Positions 33,665 through 46,748 of a stretch of DNA of 64,000 nt are shown here, piece after piece. A program made the translations under genes and the position numbers. Under the pieces are notes generated by a model, which worked only from the letters and a program-made list of their open reading frames with translations, did no database searches and had not been told where the DNA came from. Within the stretch, counting starts at the first letter, position 1. Each line of letters starts with the position of its first letter. The stretch is from the human T2T-CHM13v2.0 reference genome, Homo sapiens. Where the stretch lies: the NCBI RefSeq assembly GCF_009914755.1, contig NC_060929.1; one strand, given 5' to 3'.

Positions 33665-33665
33665 G
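33270..33665. promoter_or_regulatory. CpG-island-like segment inherited from the NUP50 5' UTR, with YY1-like and ETS motifs
   Basis: Dense CpGs in an AT-rich window; GCGGCCATTTTG (YY1-like, 33597-33608); CTTCCGG (ETS, 33410-33416); activity cannot be shown from sequence. Confidence 0.6.
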
Positions 33666-36048
33666 ACAGTGTTCTGAACTGGGTTGAACACACAAAGGAT
33701 GCTAAAATTTTCCACTTGTATACAGGTACCTATATTAAAACTTCAACTTATTTCAATCCATCATATTTACATTTCTATTTTATTATATGCTGGATAATGT
33801 GTTTAATATATTACTGTAGCTGCATATATATACAATTTATCATAACAATATAGACATGTTTTGAGGAACGTGTTAAATCGTTTGCTGAGTAAAAGAGACA
33901 GTGCGATCAGAACTTTTGAAGACTTCTACACACAGCCTTGCTTCCTCAAATTCTATCCAGACAAATGCTAATTCTGGTTTTAGTTTTATCAGGCCATGAG
34001 GATCAAAACATAAAGGAAAATACATAGAAAATGCTTCAATATAAATTACTCTGTTTCATTCTGTGTTATGACTTTACAGCATTTTGATGTTATGTTCATC
34101 TTCTATGAGATCACAGTCCTATTCAATAGCAGGTTTTTTTCATATTTCCAATATACTCTACAGAAAAATAATTGTTGGTAACATTAATGTTGTTAATATT
34201 ATTGCTAAGAATATTCTTTAGAAATTGCTTAGCCCAGAAAATCCCGAACTCAAAGTAGCCTTTTCCATAGAGTCATTTTTTTGCTTTTGTCTCCGTAATC
34301 TACCATCCTTCCCTATACTCTTGGCTTTTAATACTCTGCCGATAGGATTTGCCTCAACAAATGGCTGCATATGTTAATCACACTCTTTAACTCACTAATA
34401 AACTACTTTGATACTTGAATAAATTGAAATTTAAATAAGCATTTTATTAAATCAAATGTAATGTTTGTATTGAGACAATTCTAACTGGGGACATAGTTAA
34501 ACCGTTAGTCCCTGAAGACTTTCCAGAGTCCTGCTAAGGGGAAATCACAAAGGTATGTTTTTAACAGTGAGGGTTAAAATCTCTGTTTAATGCGTCTATT
34601 TTTCCCTATATGGAAAACACAAAGATCAGTGATTGATATATTACTTTCCATATTTATTATGGAATAATTTATTGATTTAATTTGTTTAATAATTTATGAT
34701 TTAATACATGTGATAATTTACTTATTATGGTATAATCAAATTTGTTGAATAACTTGAAATAATTCTCAATGAATTTATGCCATAGTTATAGGAAAAAATA
34801 ACATTTAAATCATTCAAATAGAAATTCTACTCAATATATATTTACCAACTGTGATATCTTATGAGGAAAATACAGGACATATTAAGAAGATGTGACAGTC
34901 TCGGAAATGAGGGATAGCCTCCTGAAATATTATTGGCTTAGATGGGATAAATTATATAATATAATGAGATCTAAGGCAGTATGTGCATGGCAACTTAGAG
35001 AGAGAGAAAGCCAGTGTGGTTGCAGAGCAAATTCAGGAAGTACAGAATGAGATGAGATCTTTTATTCTAAGAGCAATGGATATTCATTGAGGAAATTTTG
35101 GCAGGGGATGACACCAATAGATTTTTTTTTTTTAAATAACATTTTGGGCTTTAGCATTGAGAATGGATCTTAGAGGGCAGAGTAGATGTGGGGAGACATG
35201 TTAGTAGCCTATGGAGTAGTTAGGGGAAGACAATAGATTTACCTTAGATATTTTGTCAACAAGAGACATATAACATTTAATATGCTTTTTGCAGATTTTT
35301 CTGTCACATCAAAGAAAACTAAACTCTAAACAATATGAATTAAAGTTAGAACAGCACTAGAGAAGACATGAATTCACACATGTTAAAAAGAAGAAGCAGT
35401 GCCTTAGGAGATTAAAGTGGACTGCTTCCATTGTGTTTCACTGGCATGCATTGCCTACCATCTGGAGGGTAAAAATTACTTGGAAAATAGAACCTGAAAT
35501 GGAATTAAACAATATTTCATTTCCCTTGATATTTATTTTCAGATTAAGCATCAATATCCCAAGTCATAGCCAAGATATAAAATACAGTGTGATTATTGTG
35601 TGATTATTATTAAAAACTCTTCCTAATATGTCTCTAAAACTTACAAAATATTTCTGTTTATGGCAGAGTCTCAGCTGACACAGGGTCTAATATTATTAGT
35701 CTTAGTTTGTTTTACAATGGTCACTTTTAGTCCTTCATTAACCTTAAACATTTATATTTTCACATATATGAACATTAATGCAAACAATTTAATTTAGAAA
35801 CAGGAACATTTGTTTTTATTGTTGTTAGCTAAATTGTGTTTTTAAGATTAAAAACTGCACATTAGAATGAAAATATTTTTCCCCAAAGCAGCATATTATT
35901 TGCCTCTTTGAATACTACTGCTTTTTTTTTTTTTTTTTTTTTTTTTTACTGGTTTTCAACCCATATTTGATAGCAAACTCTTTACAGTTTAAATTTGTTA
36001 AATTGCAACGGGTGGAAAGTCAATATGAAAATTCTTGTTCTACTTCTA

Positions 36049-36526
<478 letters not shown>

Positions 36527-38299
36527 TCAAGCAAGGAAGTTGCCAAAACATTACATGTTTATCATCTTTCTTCTAAATCATTAAGTTCCAAGAATTTGGT
36601 AGGCAATGACCTAACTCATTTCATTTTTAAATGGCTGTATCTATGCCACATTGAAAACCAAGGTCAGATATACCTAGATATAGACAATTATGTGGCATTT
36701 TCTCTATCATCTGGCATTTTGTTGTATGTAAAACTCAAAGAGTCAGTGATTACAGATACCCCTTTAATCGTATAAGGTTTTGATTTTCGTACATTAGAGC
36801 ACTAAAATTGGGGTATTTATTTATGTTATTTACACTGGATAGAGGATTGGCTCTAATCATAAATGTTAAACCAAATAGTGTAGAATACTGGGAATTATAA
36901 TAAGAAAACTAAACACACATGTACACACATCGACATGCGTATGTGAGGTAGCTGCTCTGGGAAAAATTTCTTATGCTTAACATCATACTGACAGATCACA
37001 CTGCTACTGTTCTATCTCATACAAGTTATAGAGAAAATTGTCTTGTTTCACTCTTGAGGGAGGAAGAAACAGAGAAGCATGTGGGATTTTGCTTTGGCAA
37101 ATATATTTCCTCCCTTTTTCTTTTCATTTATGCCTCTTCACCTAATGCAAGCCTAGTTCAGAATATTAATTGTCTAAATAGGCTAGAAACATCTATGCCC
37201 TCGTCCCCGTGGCACACTGTCTTAAAAATAACATGTCCAAAGAATCAGAAAATTTAATTGGTCCTCTTGGTACTAACAACAATAACAAAAGAGAATATAG
37301 ATTAAAATAATTTTAAGAAAAAAAACACATAAATTCAAAACCCACATGTGACATGATAATTTAATTGTAAGAATGATCCTTGGAAATACATTTTTTCCTA
37401 TCAGATGATAACTGAAGACAGTTACTGCTGCCTAACTTGTTCAAAAAACAAACACAAAGAAATGTAGGCTAGTTAACATATCACTACATAATGGACATGT
37501 GACAGATTTTAGCGGAGCATAAATATCTCCAGCCATTTTTTGGAAGCAATTATAGTCAACTCATATTAAGATTTCTTCATTTACTTTGAGGACATCATAG
37601 CTGGGTAGCAAATGATTTTAAAATATGTAGTCAGTGTTTGTTTTACTACTGTTATTAATTTCACATGCATCTGCATATATAGCCATTGTCAAATTGACAG
37701 AGTTCTGTCTCTATACTTTTTGTATCTTTACTTTCATTTTCAGAAAAAAATAAAAATGTTTCTTTTGTTTCACTGAATTCTAGTATTTCTATCTAAGTTG
37801 CTATCCCTTTATTAAACACATAAAAAAATCTCACTAATAGTTTTTTTCACTGTGTGTCCCCTGATATGGCACAGTGAAAGGAATATGGGTTCTGAAGCCA
37901 AAAAAACCTAGTTGTGAATTGTGATGCTGTTAGTTAATATTCTGCAAATTGAGGAAGGTGTCTGTTTCAATAAATTCAATAACTGAATGTTTAATGGAAT
38001 ACATTAAAATAGTGGGTGTTCTACGAGGTTTAACTCATTTTTCTCCTTTATTTTCCAGTAATGATGTTTAAATGACTTATTTCTAAAAACAAACCAGGTC
38101 AGAAAACTTCAATCTTATCTTAACACAGCTTTAATTTAATAATGTAAAATATATCTGTGTTGTTTTATTTTTAAACTCCACAAGCATATAGACTGTACTT
38201 GTCTCCATGCCCCATTTACCATTATCACTAGTTTGTAATCCACATTTTATCTTTGCTTTAATTGGGGGAAATATACCTAGAAACACACATTAAAATATA

Positions 38300-38512
38300 A
38301 AATAGTGATTAAGAACAGACCAGAATTCTGCAGCCAGAATGTCTGGTTCAAATTCTGTCTCTGCAATTTGTTGGTCATGTGACCTCAGGGTTTTTTACTC
38401 GCTCATTATGTCTCATCTGTAATAAAGAGTCTAAAAGTGAGATGAGTTCATATTTATATGTCTTAAAGTGGGGTCTGACCGGTGTAAGTGTTGATTGCAT
38501 GTTAGATATTAT
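38300..38512 (+). mobile_element. MIR SINE
   Basis: TAGTGATTAAGAAC...GGTTCAAATTCTGTCTCTGC...TGTGACCTCAGG...CTCATCTGTAA. Confidence 0.6.
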
Positions 38513-38973
38513 TATAAGCCAATTCCATTAACATTTTCTCCCTCATTCAACTTGTTTTAGTATTTGACATGCTGTGCCACTTACTTCTAGAAACACTTCT
38601 TTGTAAGATACATTGAATGCATTGTCCACATTGTTCTTTCTTCTTTTCTGACTACTGGATTGCTCTTCCTCATTGCAACACCAACTGCAATCTGTCATTG
38701 CTGTTTTTCTGGTCTCTCTGAATTGTCATGCCCTCAGTAAATCCCCATTCTGCAACTTTATCTATAAATTCTATCCAGTAACAACCAAATATATATCCCA
38801 GCCACTTTATGAGTCTTCAATCCCTATATTAATAACAACATTCAAAAGATCATCCTTGAATAGTTTAGAAAAGTTATTAAATTCACCAGACATTGAATTC
38901 AATATTGTATACACCCCTGACCCTTAAAAAACAAAACAAAACAAAAACAAACAAAAAAAAGCCTTTCTAACTG

Positions 38974-39647
38974 AAAAGTCAGGAAACAACAGATGCTGGA
39001 GAGGATGTGGAGAAATAGGAACGCTTTTACACTTTTGGTGGGAGGGTAAATTAGTTCAACCATTGTGGAAGACAGTGTGGCGATTTCTCCAGCGTCTAGA
39101 ACTAGAAATAGCATTTGACCCAGCAATCCCATTACTGGGTATATACCCAAAGGATTATAAATCATTCTACTATAAAGACACATGAGCATGTATGTTTATT
39201 GTGGCACTATTCACAATAGCAAAGATTTGGAACCAACCCAAACGTCCATCAATGATAGACTAGATAAAGAAAATGTGGCACATATACACATGGAATACTA
39301 TGCAGCCATAAAAAAGGATAAGTTCATGTCCTTTGCAGGGACATGGATGAAGGTGGAAACCGTCCTTCTCAGCAAACTATCGCTAGAACAGAAAACGAAA
39401 AACCACATGTTCTCGCTCATAAGTGAGAGCTGAACAATGAGAACACAGGGACACAGGAAGGGGAACATCACACACTGGGCCTGTCAGAGGATGGGGGACT
39501 ACGAGAGGGATAGCATTAGGAGAAATTCCTAATGTAGATGATGAGTTGATGGGTGCAGCAAACCATCATGACACGTGTATACCTATGTAACAAAACTGCA
39601 CTTTCTGTGCATGTACCCCAGAACTTAAAGTATAATAATATAAAAAA
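38974..39647 (+). mobile_element. 5'-truncated L1PA (L1PA7/8-like) 3' end
   Basis: AAAAGTCAGGAAACAACAGATGCTGG ... CCCAGAACTTAAAGTATAAT; GGATAGCATTAGGAGAAAT. Confidence 0.9.
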
Positions 39648-42600
39648 TTATTGTATGATAGTCCATTATTTTCACATGGTATCAAACACTATTTTTAACA
39701 TTTTGAAAAAACAAAAAAGCCTTTCACCAGTCTCACATTTTTTTGAAGGAGTCTTACTCCATCTCATTGTAGAAGCTGAGGAAATACTTCTATTTCCCTA
39801 TTTGCTGAACACATGGCAGGATTACATCCACCCACACTCCCTTGCATATGGGTTTCTTTTGCATGGTGGGTACAATTAGCCATATTCAATGAGTTTTGAG
39901 TGGATGCACCATGTTATATCTAATTGTCAGTATTCTTTTTCCCTCTGTCACAGCAACTGTCAACTCACAAGATAATGGCTGCTTCATTAGCTTAGCTAAT
40001 AACAAAATAGGAAACAAAGTCCTCAGCTAACACAGTGAATGTATGATGAGCAGGATACAAACATTTATTGTAATCGGCCATGAAAACTGTAAGGTTGTTT
40101 CTGCAGTATAACCTAACTTACCCTGACCCTACCTTGACTTTCTTTCATTCCTTTCTCATTGTTAACTTCTGTAATTAATTAAATGAGCAAGATAATACAT
40201 TATGGCTTCCTTTTAAATTAAAATTTTTAATGTTAAAATTAAAAGCAGATAAAAAATAGAAGACAAAAAGTCACCATAAGGGGACTATGTCTGTTCATTT
40301 TTACCACTTATTAGGTTCTCGGCATTTGGATGAAGAAATGATGATTTGCTCAGCTGTTCATTCCTACAGACGCCATGCAGCACCTGCTGATTTATAACTC
40401 CCAAACCTACTGTGCCTAATGCTGTCCCACTCATATACCACATTTTAGCCCTTCCTTGAAAACTGCCCAGGTCTTTCTACAGTTTGCCATGTCAAAGCCA
40501 AAGTCTTCTGTGTGACTACTAATCTTTTAATAATTTGATCAAAATTCATATCCTTATACTCCCCAACTTACAATATTTATTAGTCTTAAAGATAGTTTAG
40601 AAGACCCTTAGAAAATCTATTACTATTTTTCAAATTTCCTCTTTTTATTACCCAAATCTGAAGGCTATTCACCATAGTTTTTCCTGTTTCTAAATTTAAG
40701 CCATTTTCCTGTCATTTGTATTCTCTTCTTTTTAATCAATTCTTTCTTATTTATTTTTTATTTCTTTAAATCCCCCCAATTATATGAATAATTGTAATCT
40801 GCAGTGCTAGAACAATATTTAAATAGCAGGTGCTTAAAACAATGGTTGAGAAAATGAATTAATCCTATTTTTTCAGGAGGTTATAGTTACACATGCAATG
40901 GATACGCTCTTGGTAAATAACAAGGATAAATAATTTTGTGTTGATAAAACAATTCCCTGCTTAACTTCAATGAAATGAAAAAAGTTTACAATTTAAGTCA
41001 TGGTTATTAGTTATGCAGTCAATAGATTTTTCAGGTATCAGAGTTGTTAATTGGGTATTTTAAAATGTTTCCTATTATATTTGTTGCTTCACTGAACAAA
41101 AACCTTTTATTCTTAAATGAGATGGTTCTCATTCTGTCATTTCTCTTTCTACTGACTTCCCCTTCTTCTATAACACTAGTGCCAGAACTGGGATAGAGAC
41201 TGATTTTTTTGTCATTTGATTTGGTTAGTTTCAAGTAAATTTGATCTTCATTTCTTTTCTGAAATTAAAACATCTTTATTGTTTATGTTTTTTTCTCAAC
41301 CACATATCTGATGTAAAACTGTATTAAAAATACACTCAATAAAGTACCTCCACTGACTTTAACATAAAATTATTGAAGATTAGATTTGTGCTGCAATTGT
41401 TTATTATGTAAACAGAGCATGCTTAACAATCAGGTTTTCAGGAAAATAGTGTCAAACAGCCCCCGAAAGAGATTATGAGAGAAGTTTGTAGCAATATGGC
41501 TGTTATCTGAGTGCCTCCTTTTAGAGATGAAATGAGGGACAGTGCACAGTTAGAACATGGCTTGATATTCTATTTCTCTGTGTGTGTGGGTGTATATATC
41601 TGAAAAAAACTAGATATATGAATTTGTAGTTTACAGTTTTACACACATACATCTATTATGCACACAATCATACACACATATGCATACACCTACATGTAAT
41701 TATCTTTCAAATTTCCTTGGGTAATCTTATGTACTCAAAGAAGGCGACCAACATGTACATTGCTGCCAAAATACGAGTTACATATTTTGACAGGCACTCT
41801 GATGTATCCCTACTTACTTACTTTTTTTGTGTGTTTAAGATAATGAATCTTAACTTACTTGGGATAATATTTAACAATGTGATAGAATATGCAAATCCTC
41901 TTAAAAATTTACATACAATTTATGTACAATTTCTAGGATTCTTGGATACTTTGTAGCAAAACCATAGGTGTCATATATAGAACCTTTATTAATTATTGCC
42001 TAAAATTATACTTAATCATTATATTTTGTTTTAATATTGTTTGACTCCATTAACTTGAAATTCAAGAATTTGAGTTTCTGTGTTAGCTTTGCTACCAGGA
42101 AGGTGTATGGCCTTAGGCTCACTAAAGTCTGAGGTTCTTCAACTAAAGAAAATAATAACCAAGATATTCTACATAAACTCCAGTACAAAGTGCCCACTAT
42201 AGTTATAAATTATCTATCTTCTTTAACATTTCCTTTCACCATATACATTTGAGCCATCCACTCATTTCTCTTCTTTCTCCTGCATGTACCTTAAGAGAGG
42301 AATTGCTGATTTAAAAAATTTCAATTCAGTCACATCAGCTTAGATGAAAATGAATGAAAGAACTAACTACTTTGGGGTATCTGTGGGTATGCATCTAGGT
42401 TATTGATAAAGGATCTGTGGTATTTTGCCTACTAAGAACTACTAGCATGGACCCCATTAGTTTTTGAGCACAGCGCTCATTTGCTCAGAGCTTAAGCTTA
42501 TTTGATAGATGGGAATATTAAGAAATATGTGCTACCACTTTTTTAAAAGCCTAAGTATACACATCATAAATTCTTTTCTATATTGACGTTTTTATTAACA

Positions 42601-42974
42601 CATACCCTCTCTGAATGTATCAAGTTGAATTCTACAAACTAATACATAAATACACAAAACAGTCAATAATCATCTAAAGATTTCTAGATGAATGTATACA
42701 AAAATGATGAGAAATTTATTAAGAATAAGTATTTCACAATGTCATTCTTCATAAATAATGTTTATTCCCTTCACAATCAAATGTGAAGTATAGAACAATT
42801 ATTTACCTAAAATAGTAGCCACTGTGTTAATGTCAGCAGTGTTTACTAATTTGACAGTAGATCAAGAATAGAGTTTTATAAACAGTTGCAAAAAATATCA
42901 CTGCGCTTATATGCATAATTATTTTTATCAATAATATGTTTAGGAACAAACAAAAAAAGTAACAAGATTCACTT

Positions 42975-43835
42975 GCATGTCTCCTCCCATCTCTGTTAAA
43001 GACACTACCATCTACCCAATTTCTCAAGCAAAGAATCTAGGAGTAGCTCATAATTTGTTTCTTTCTGTCACTCTCCTGGTTTCTGCTGGCTTTATTTCCA
43101 AACTCTATCATAAATCCATACAGTGCTACTCTTCATTGCTTCTAGCTCAGTGTTCTATCATCATTTGCAATAGCCTCCTAATTGTCTCTCTGATCCAGCC
43201 TTGTTCTACCTAAAATCCATTCTCCAGGCCTTTGCCAATGGTCTTCTAGAAGAAAAAAAGTGACATTATTGTATTCTCTTGCTTTGTGCTTAGTATTCTA
43301 ATTGATATCATGGAGTCCTGAAACTCTATGCTAAATCCTATAGTGTAAAAGCTCAACTTTTAACAAGGGCCTACTGAGCTCTCTATGATCTGCCTTCTGC
43401 ATCCTTTTTCGACTTCACCTCTTACCAATCTCCCTCCAACTCACTATACTGCACTTGGCAACTTGCTTCTCCAAAATATGCTTAAGGTCATTCCCACATT
43501 GTGGATTTTGCACTTGCAATTAGTTCACTGTGCTTCTAACACTCATCCTCTAGATCTGTATTTGATTGACATCTTTTCATAATTTAAGTCTCACAAAGGC
43601 TACTTTGATAACCAGTAACTCTAGATCATAGCTCCATCTTATGTGGCTGTATGGGCATGTACTTATCACTTATGATTAAACATTATCTTATTTTTGGTTT
43701 GTCTACTGTTTGTCTCTCTGACTCCGACAAGAATGTAATTTCCTCAAGTGCAGATTTTGTTTTTCATGACTTCATTCCTAGAACTAAGAATAGTGCCTGT
43801 CACATATTAGGGTCTCAATGAATACTTGCCTAATG
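42975..43835 (+). mobile_element. L2 LINE 3' fragment
   Basis: CCCATCTCTGTTAAAGACACTACCATCTACCCA ... AGTGCCTGTCACATATTAGGGTCTCAATGAATA. Confidence 0.7.
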
Positions 43836-46230
43836 ACTAAACTCTAGACAAGCATGACACGATCAAAACAACAATTAAAATAGAAGACAGCATTAATCCT
43901 GACTCTTCTAACTAGCAGTGTGAGCTTTGGCAAGACATACAAACTCTAAGGATTAATTTTTGTTTTCAATAAGATGAGAAGAAGCTTTCAAGATTTAATA
44001 CACTTCCAGTATATAATGATAACTTTTTATTCATTTTGAAAATTGTTAAATCCATGAGTTTAAATATTGTATGATTGTGATGTGACTGGGAGTTTATAAA
44101 TTTGTGTAAATGACATTATCGATGTGGAAAGTGACTCTAAAAACCAGAAAAATGATGTTGAGAAACAGCTGAAACTTGAAATTTAAGATCTCTTATTATC
44201 ACATAATATTTAAGTGATTATAATATTGTGGTTGCAAGTAGATATTCTAATATTATTGTATTCAGATTACTCCAGTCCTGGCTAGTGATGATCTTCTTAA
44301 AAATATAAATTCTACATTGCACAATACACATAATTATTTAAACTTAGTGAAAACACAGTTGTAATTGAGGCAGTGCTATTCGGAATAGAAAGCTGTCAAG
44401 TTTATTAAGTTTGAATTAATTGAAAATTATATGGCTTTGTAATGAGATAAGCCACTAATTAGAGCCTCGCATTTAACTTGGAAATGATATGCATTTTGAC
44501 CTTGGAGAAGAAAGAAGACAACAGAAAGGAGATGGTAGAAGAGAGATATGATAGTAAAGACAGTTATAGAAGGGGAAAAAGGAGAGTAGTCTAAATAGTA
44601 TTTTAGTTATTGTTTATTTATTAGCATTTACACATAATTTTTCTTTTTACAAAATACACATGATTATTTACCAGTGTTCTGCCTTGAAAAGACTATTAAG
44701 CAAGTTTTATGATGTACCATATGTTCATTACTGGATATTTTATGCACTCAATTGTATTTCCTATTCAAGATTTTGATGACCCATTTTATTTTGAGAATGG
44801 TAGAGTTTTCATAAAGATAAAAACATAAGGAATCAGAAGGGAGCCACAGATTTAATGAAAAGAGAATAAAACCAAGGCTTATACAGAAAAATTAATATTT
44901 TATTAATCATAAAAAATAAATTGTTAATCTACCATTTTTGTTCAAGATGTACTATTATAAATCAATTAAACTTTTTGCTTTTGCCTTTAGAATTTTATCT
45001 TTTTTTTGAGAAGCATATATTCCTACAATAAATGTCTAGGCACATCTTTAAATTTCAGCAAATGTCAGAGCAGAACAAATTCTAGGTAAAGCATAAGTCT
45101 TTGCTGACAGCTGTGTAAAGAAGCATTTATTTAAATGCAATTTCATATTCTTTGACTTGGAAGAAAAATTGAGTTCATGCCAAAATGAAGGCACCTGTTT
45201 TAAAAGTTTATATTAGAGGATAAATCTTTATTTGTTGTAGTTTCTCCATCTTAAAAAGACATGTTATTATTTCTTTGCTCTGGCTTTTGAAGAGAAACAA
45301 TTCAATATTATATATTTGTAAGTTAAATATTACATGTTATACTTTCAGTAGTACACATATCTATATGGGGGCAAAATCATCTTTCATTGTTTTACATAAA
45401 CAATTTCCAAAAGAATGTATTTAACTGAGATAGTCATGTGCTTTGAATAATAAGCCTAATATTAGTTGAAATTAGCTTTGACTAATGCTTACAAATTATG
45501 TTCAACATAAGCTTTTATGCATATATCAAAATTATAATCTTGGATGACATAACACATTTTAGTTACTATAAAATATGAGATGATTATGTTGATCATGTGA
45601 CATGGTCTAAATTTTGCAGTTGATAAGCGTTATAGTTACTCACAAACGTAAACCTCCTCCCAGAGGGATGATTAGAATGGTTGCAAGTCCCTAGTGTTTC
45701 AGGAAATGTTCTGAGAACTTCTAGCCCCATGCAATGTTCTACTAAAAACTAAAACAAAATTACTTCGATGTTCAACTAATTTTGTAAACTGCTGCATAGT
45801 ATATTCTCTACTTGGACTTTAAAATACAAAGTAGTTTATTAATGTCATTGAAGATACTGGAGTAATGAAAACTATATAGTTTTTGCTCCAGAACTTGTAC
45901 AACTTTATTGAGCATGGAGGTGCTATTATGTTTTGTTTGAATTGTTGCATTTTGTAACATCTATTAGCACCTGGTGGAACACTATGGACCTCTGGGAAAT
46001 GCTGATCTAACTTAAAGTGAGAAATGGAAAATTCAAGGTTATAGAAGAGAAATAAGTCACAGGATCTTTATTTTAGGTTTATTTTTATTGTTTATTATTT
46101 CTTTTTACTCTACCAAAGTGGGAGTTTATTTACAAACTCCCAAAAAAGTTACTGGCACTAGTGTGTAAAAAAGACTATTGTCCGAAGATGCCACTATGAT
46201 TATAAAGCAGTAAAACCTCTCTAAAGTGCC

Positions 46231-46748
46231 CGGTGTAGTTTGGATCTGTGTCCCCAACAAAATCTCATGTAGAACTGTAGTCCTAGTTTTGGAGGTGGGG
46301 CCTTGTGGGAGGTGATGGGATCCTGGGGGTGGGGCTCTCATGAATGGTTTAGTACCATGCCCTGTTGGTACTGTATAGTGAGCAAGTTCTCAGGAGATCT
46401 GCTTGTTTAAATGTGTGTGGGGCCTCCTCCCTTGTTGTCTCTTCCTCCTGCTCCCATTATGTAAGAAGTGTCAGCTTCCCCTTCACCTTCTGCCATGACT
46501 GTGAGTTTCCTGAGGCCTCCCCAGAAGCCAAGCAGATGGTGACGATGGTGACATGTTTTATTTACAGCCTGCAGAGCCATGAGCCAATTAAATCTCTTTT
46601 CTTTTTTTTAAAAATTATACTTTAAGTTCTAGGGTACATATGCACAATGTGCAGGTTTGTTACATATGTATACAGGCAAATCTCTTTTCTTTATAAATTA
46701 CCCCATCTCAGTTATTCCTTTATAGCAGTGTGAGAACAAACTAATTCA
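46231..46748 (+). mobile_element. Solo MaLR LTR (MSTA/MSTB-like) interrupted by a short L1
   Basis: GTTTGGATCTGTGTCCCC...GGAGGTGGGGCC...CTAATTCA; flanks GTGCC / GCACC fit a CpG-decayed GCGCC TSD. Confidence 0.85.
46605..46677 (-). mobile_element. ~73-bp L1PA 3' stub
   Basis: ATTATACTTTAAGTTCTAGGGTACATATGCACAATGTGCAGG; perfect 15-bp TSD AAATCTCTTTTCTTT at 46590 and 46678. Confidence 0.92.

Noticed and set aside
33162-33853. Several overlapping 80-150 aa ORFs in the GC-rich segment
   Set aside because: Stop-poor frames are expected in GC-rich UTR sequence; no recognisable homology
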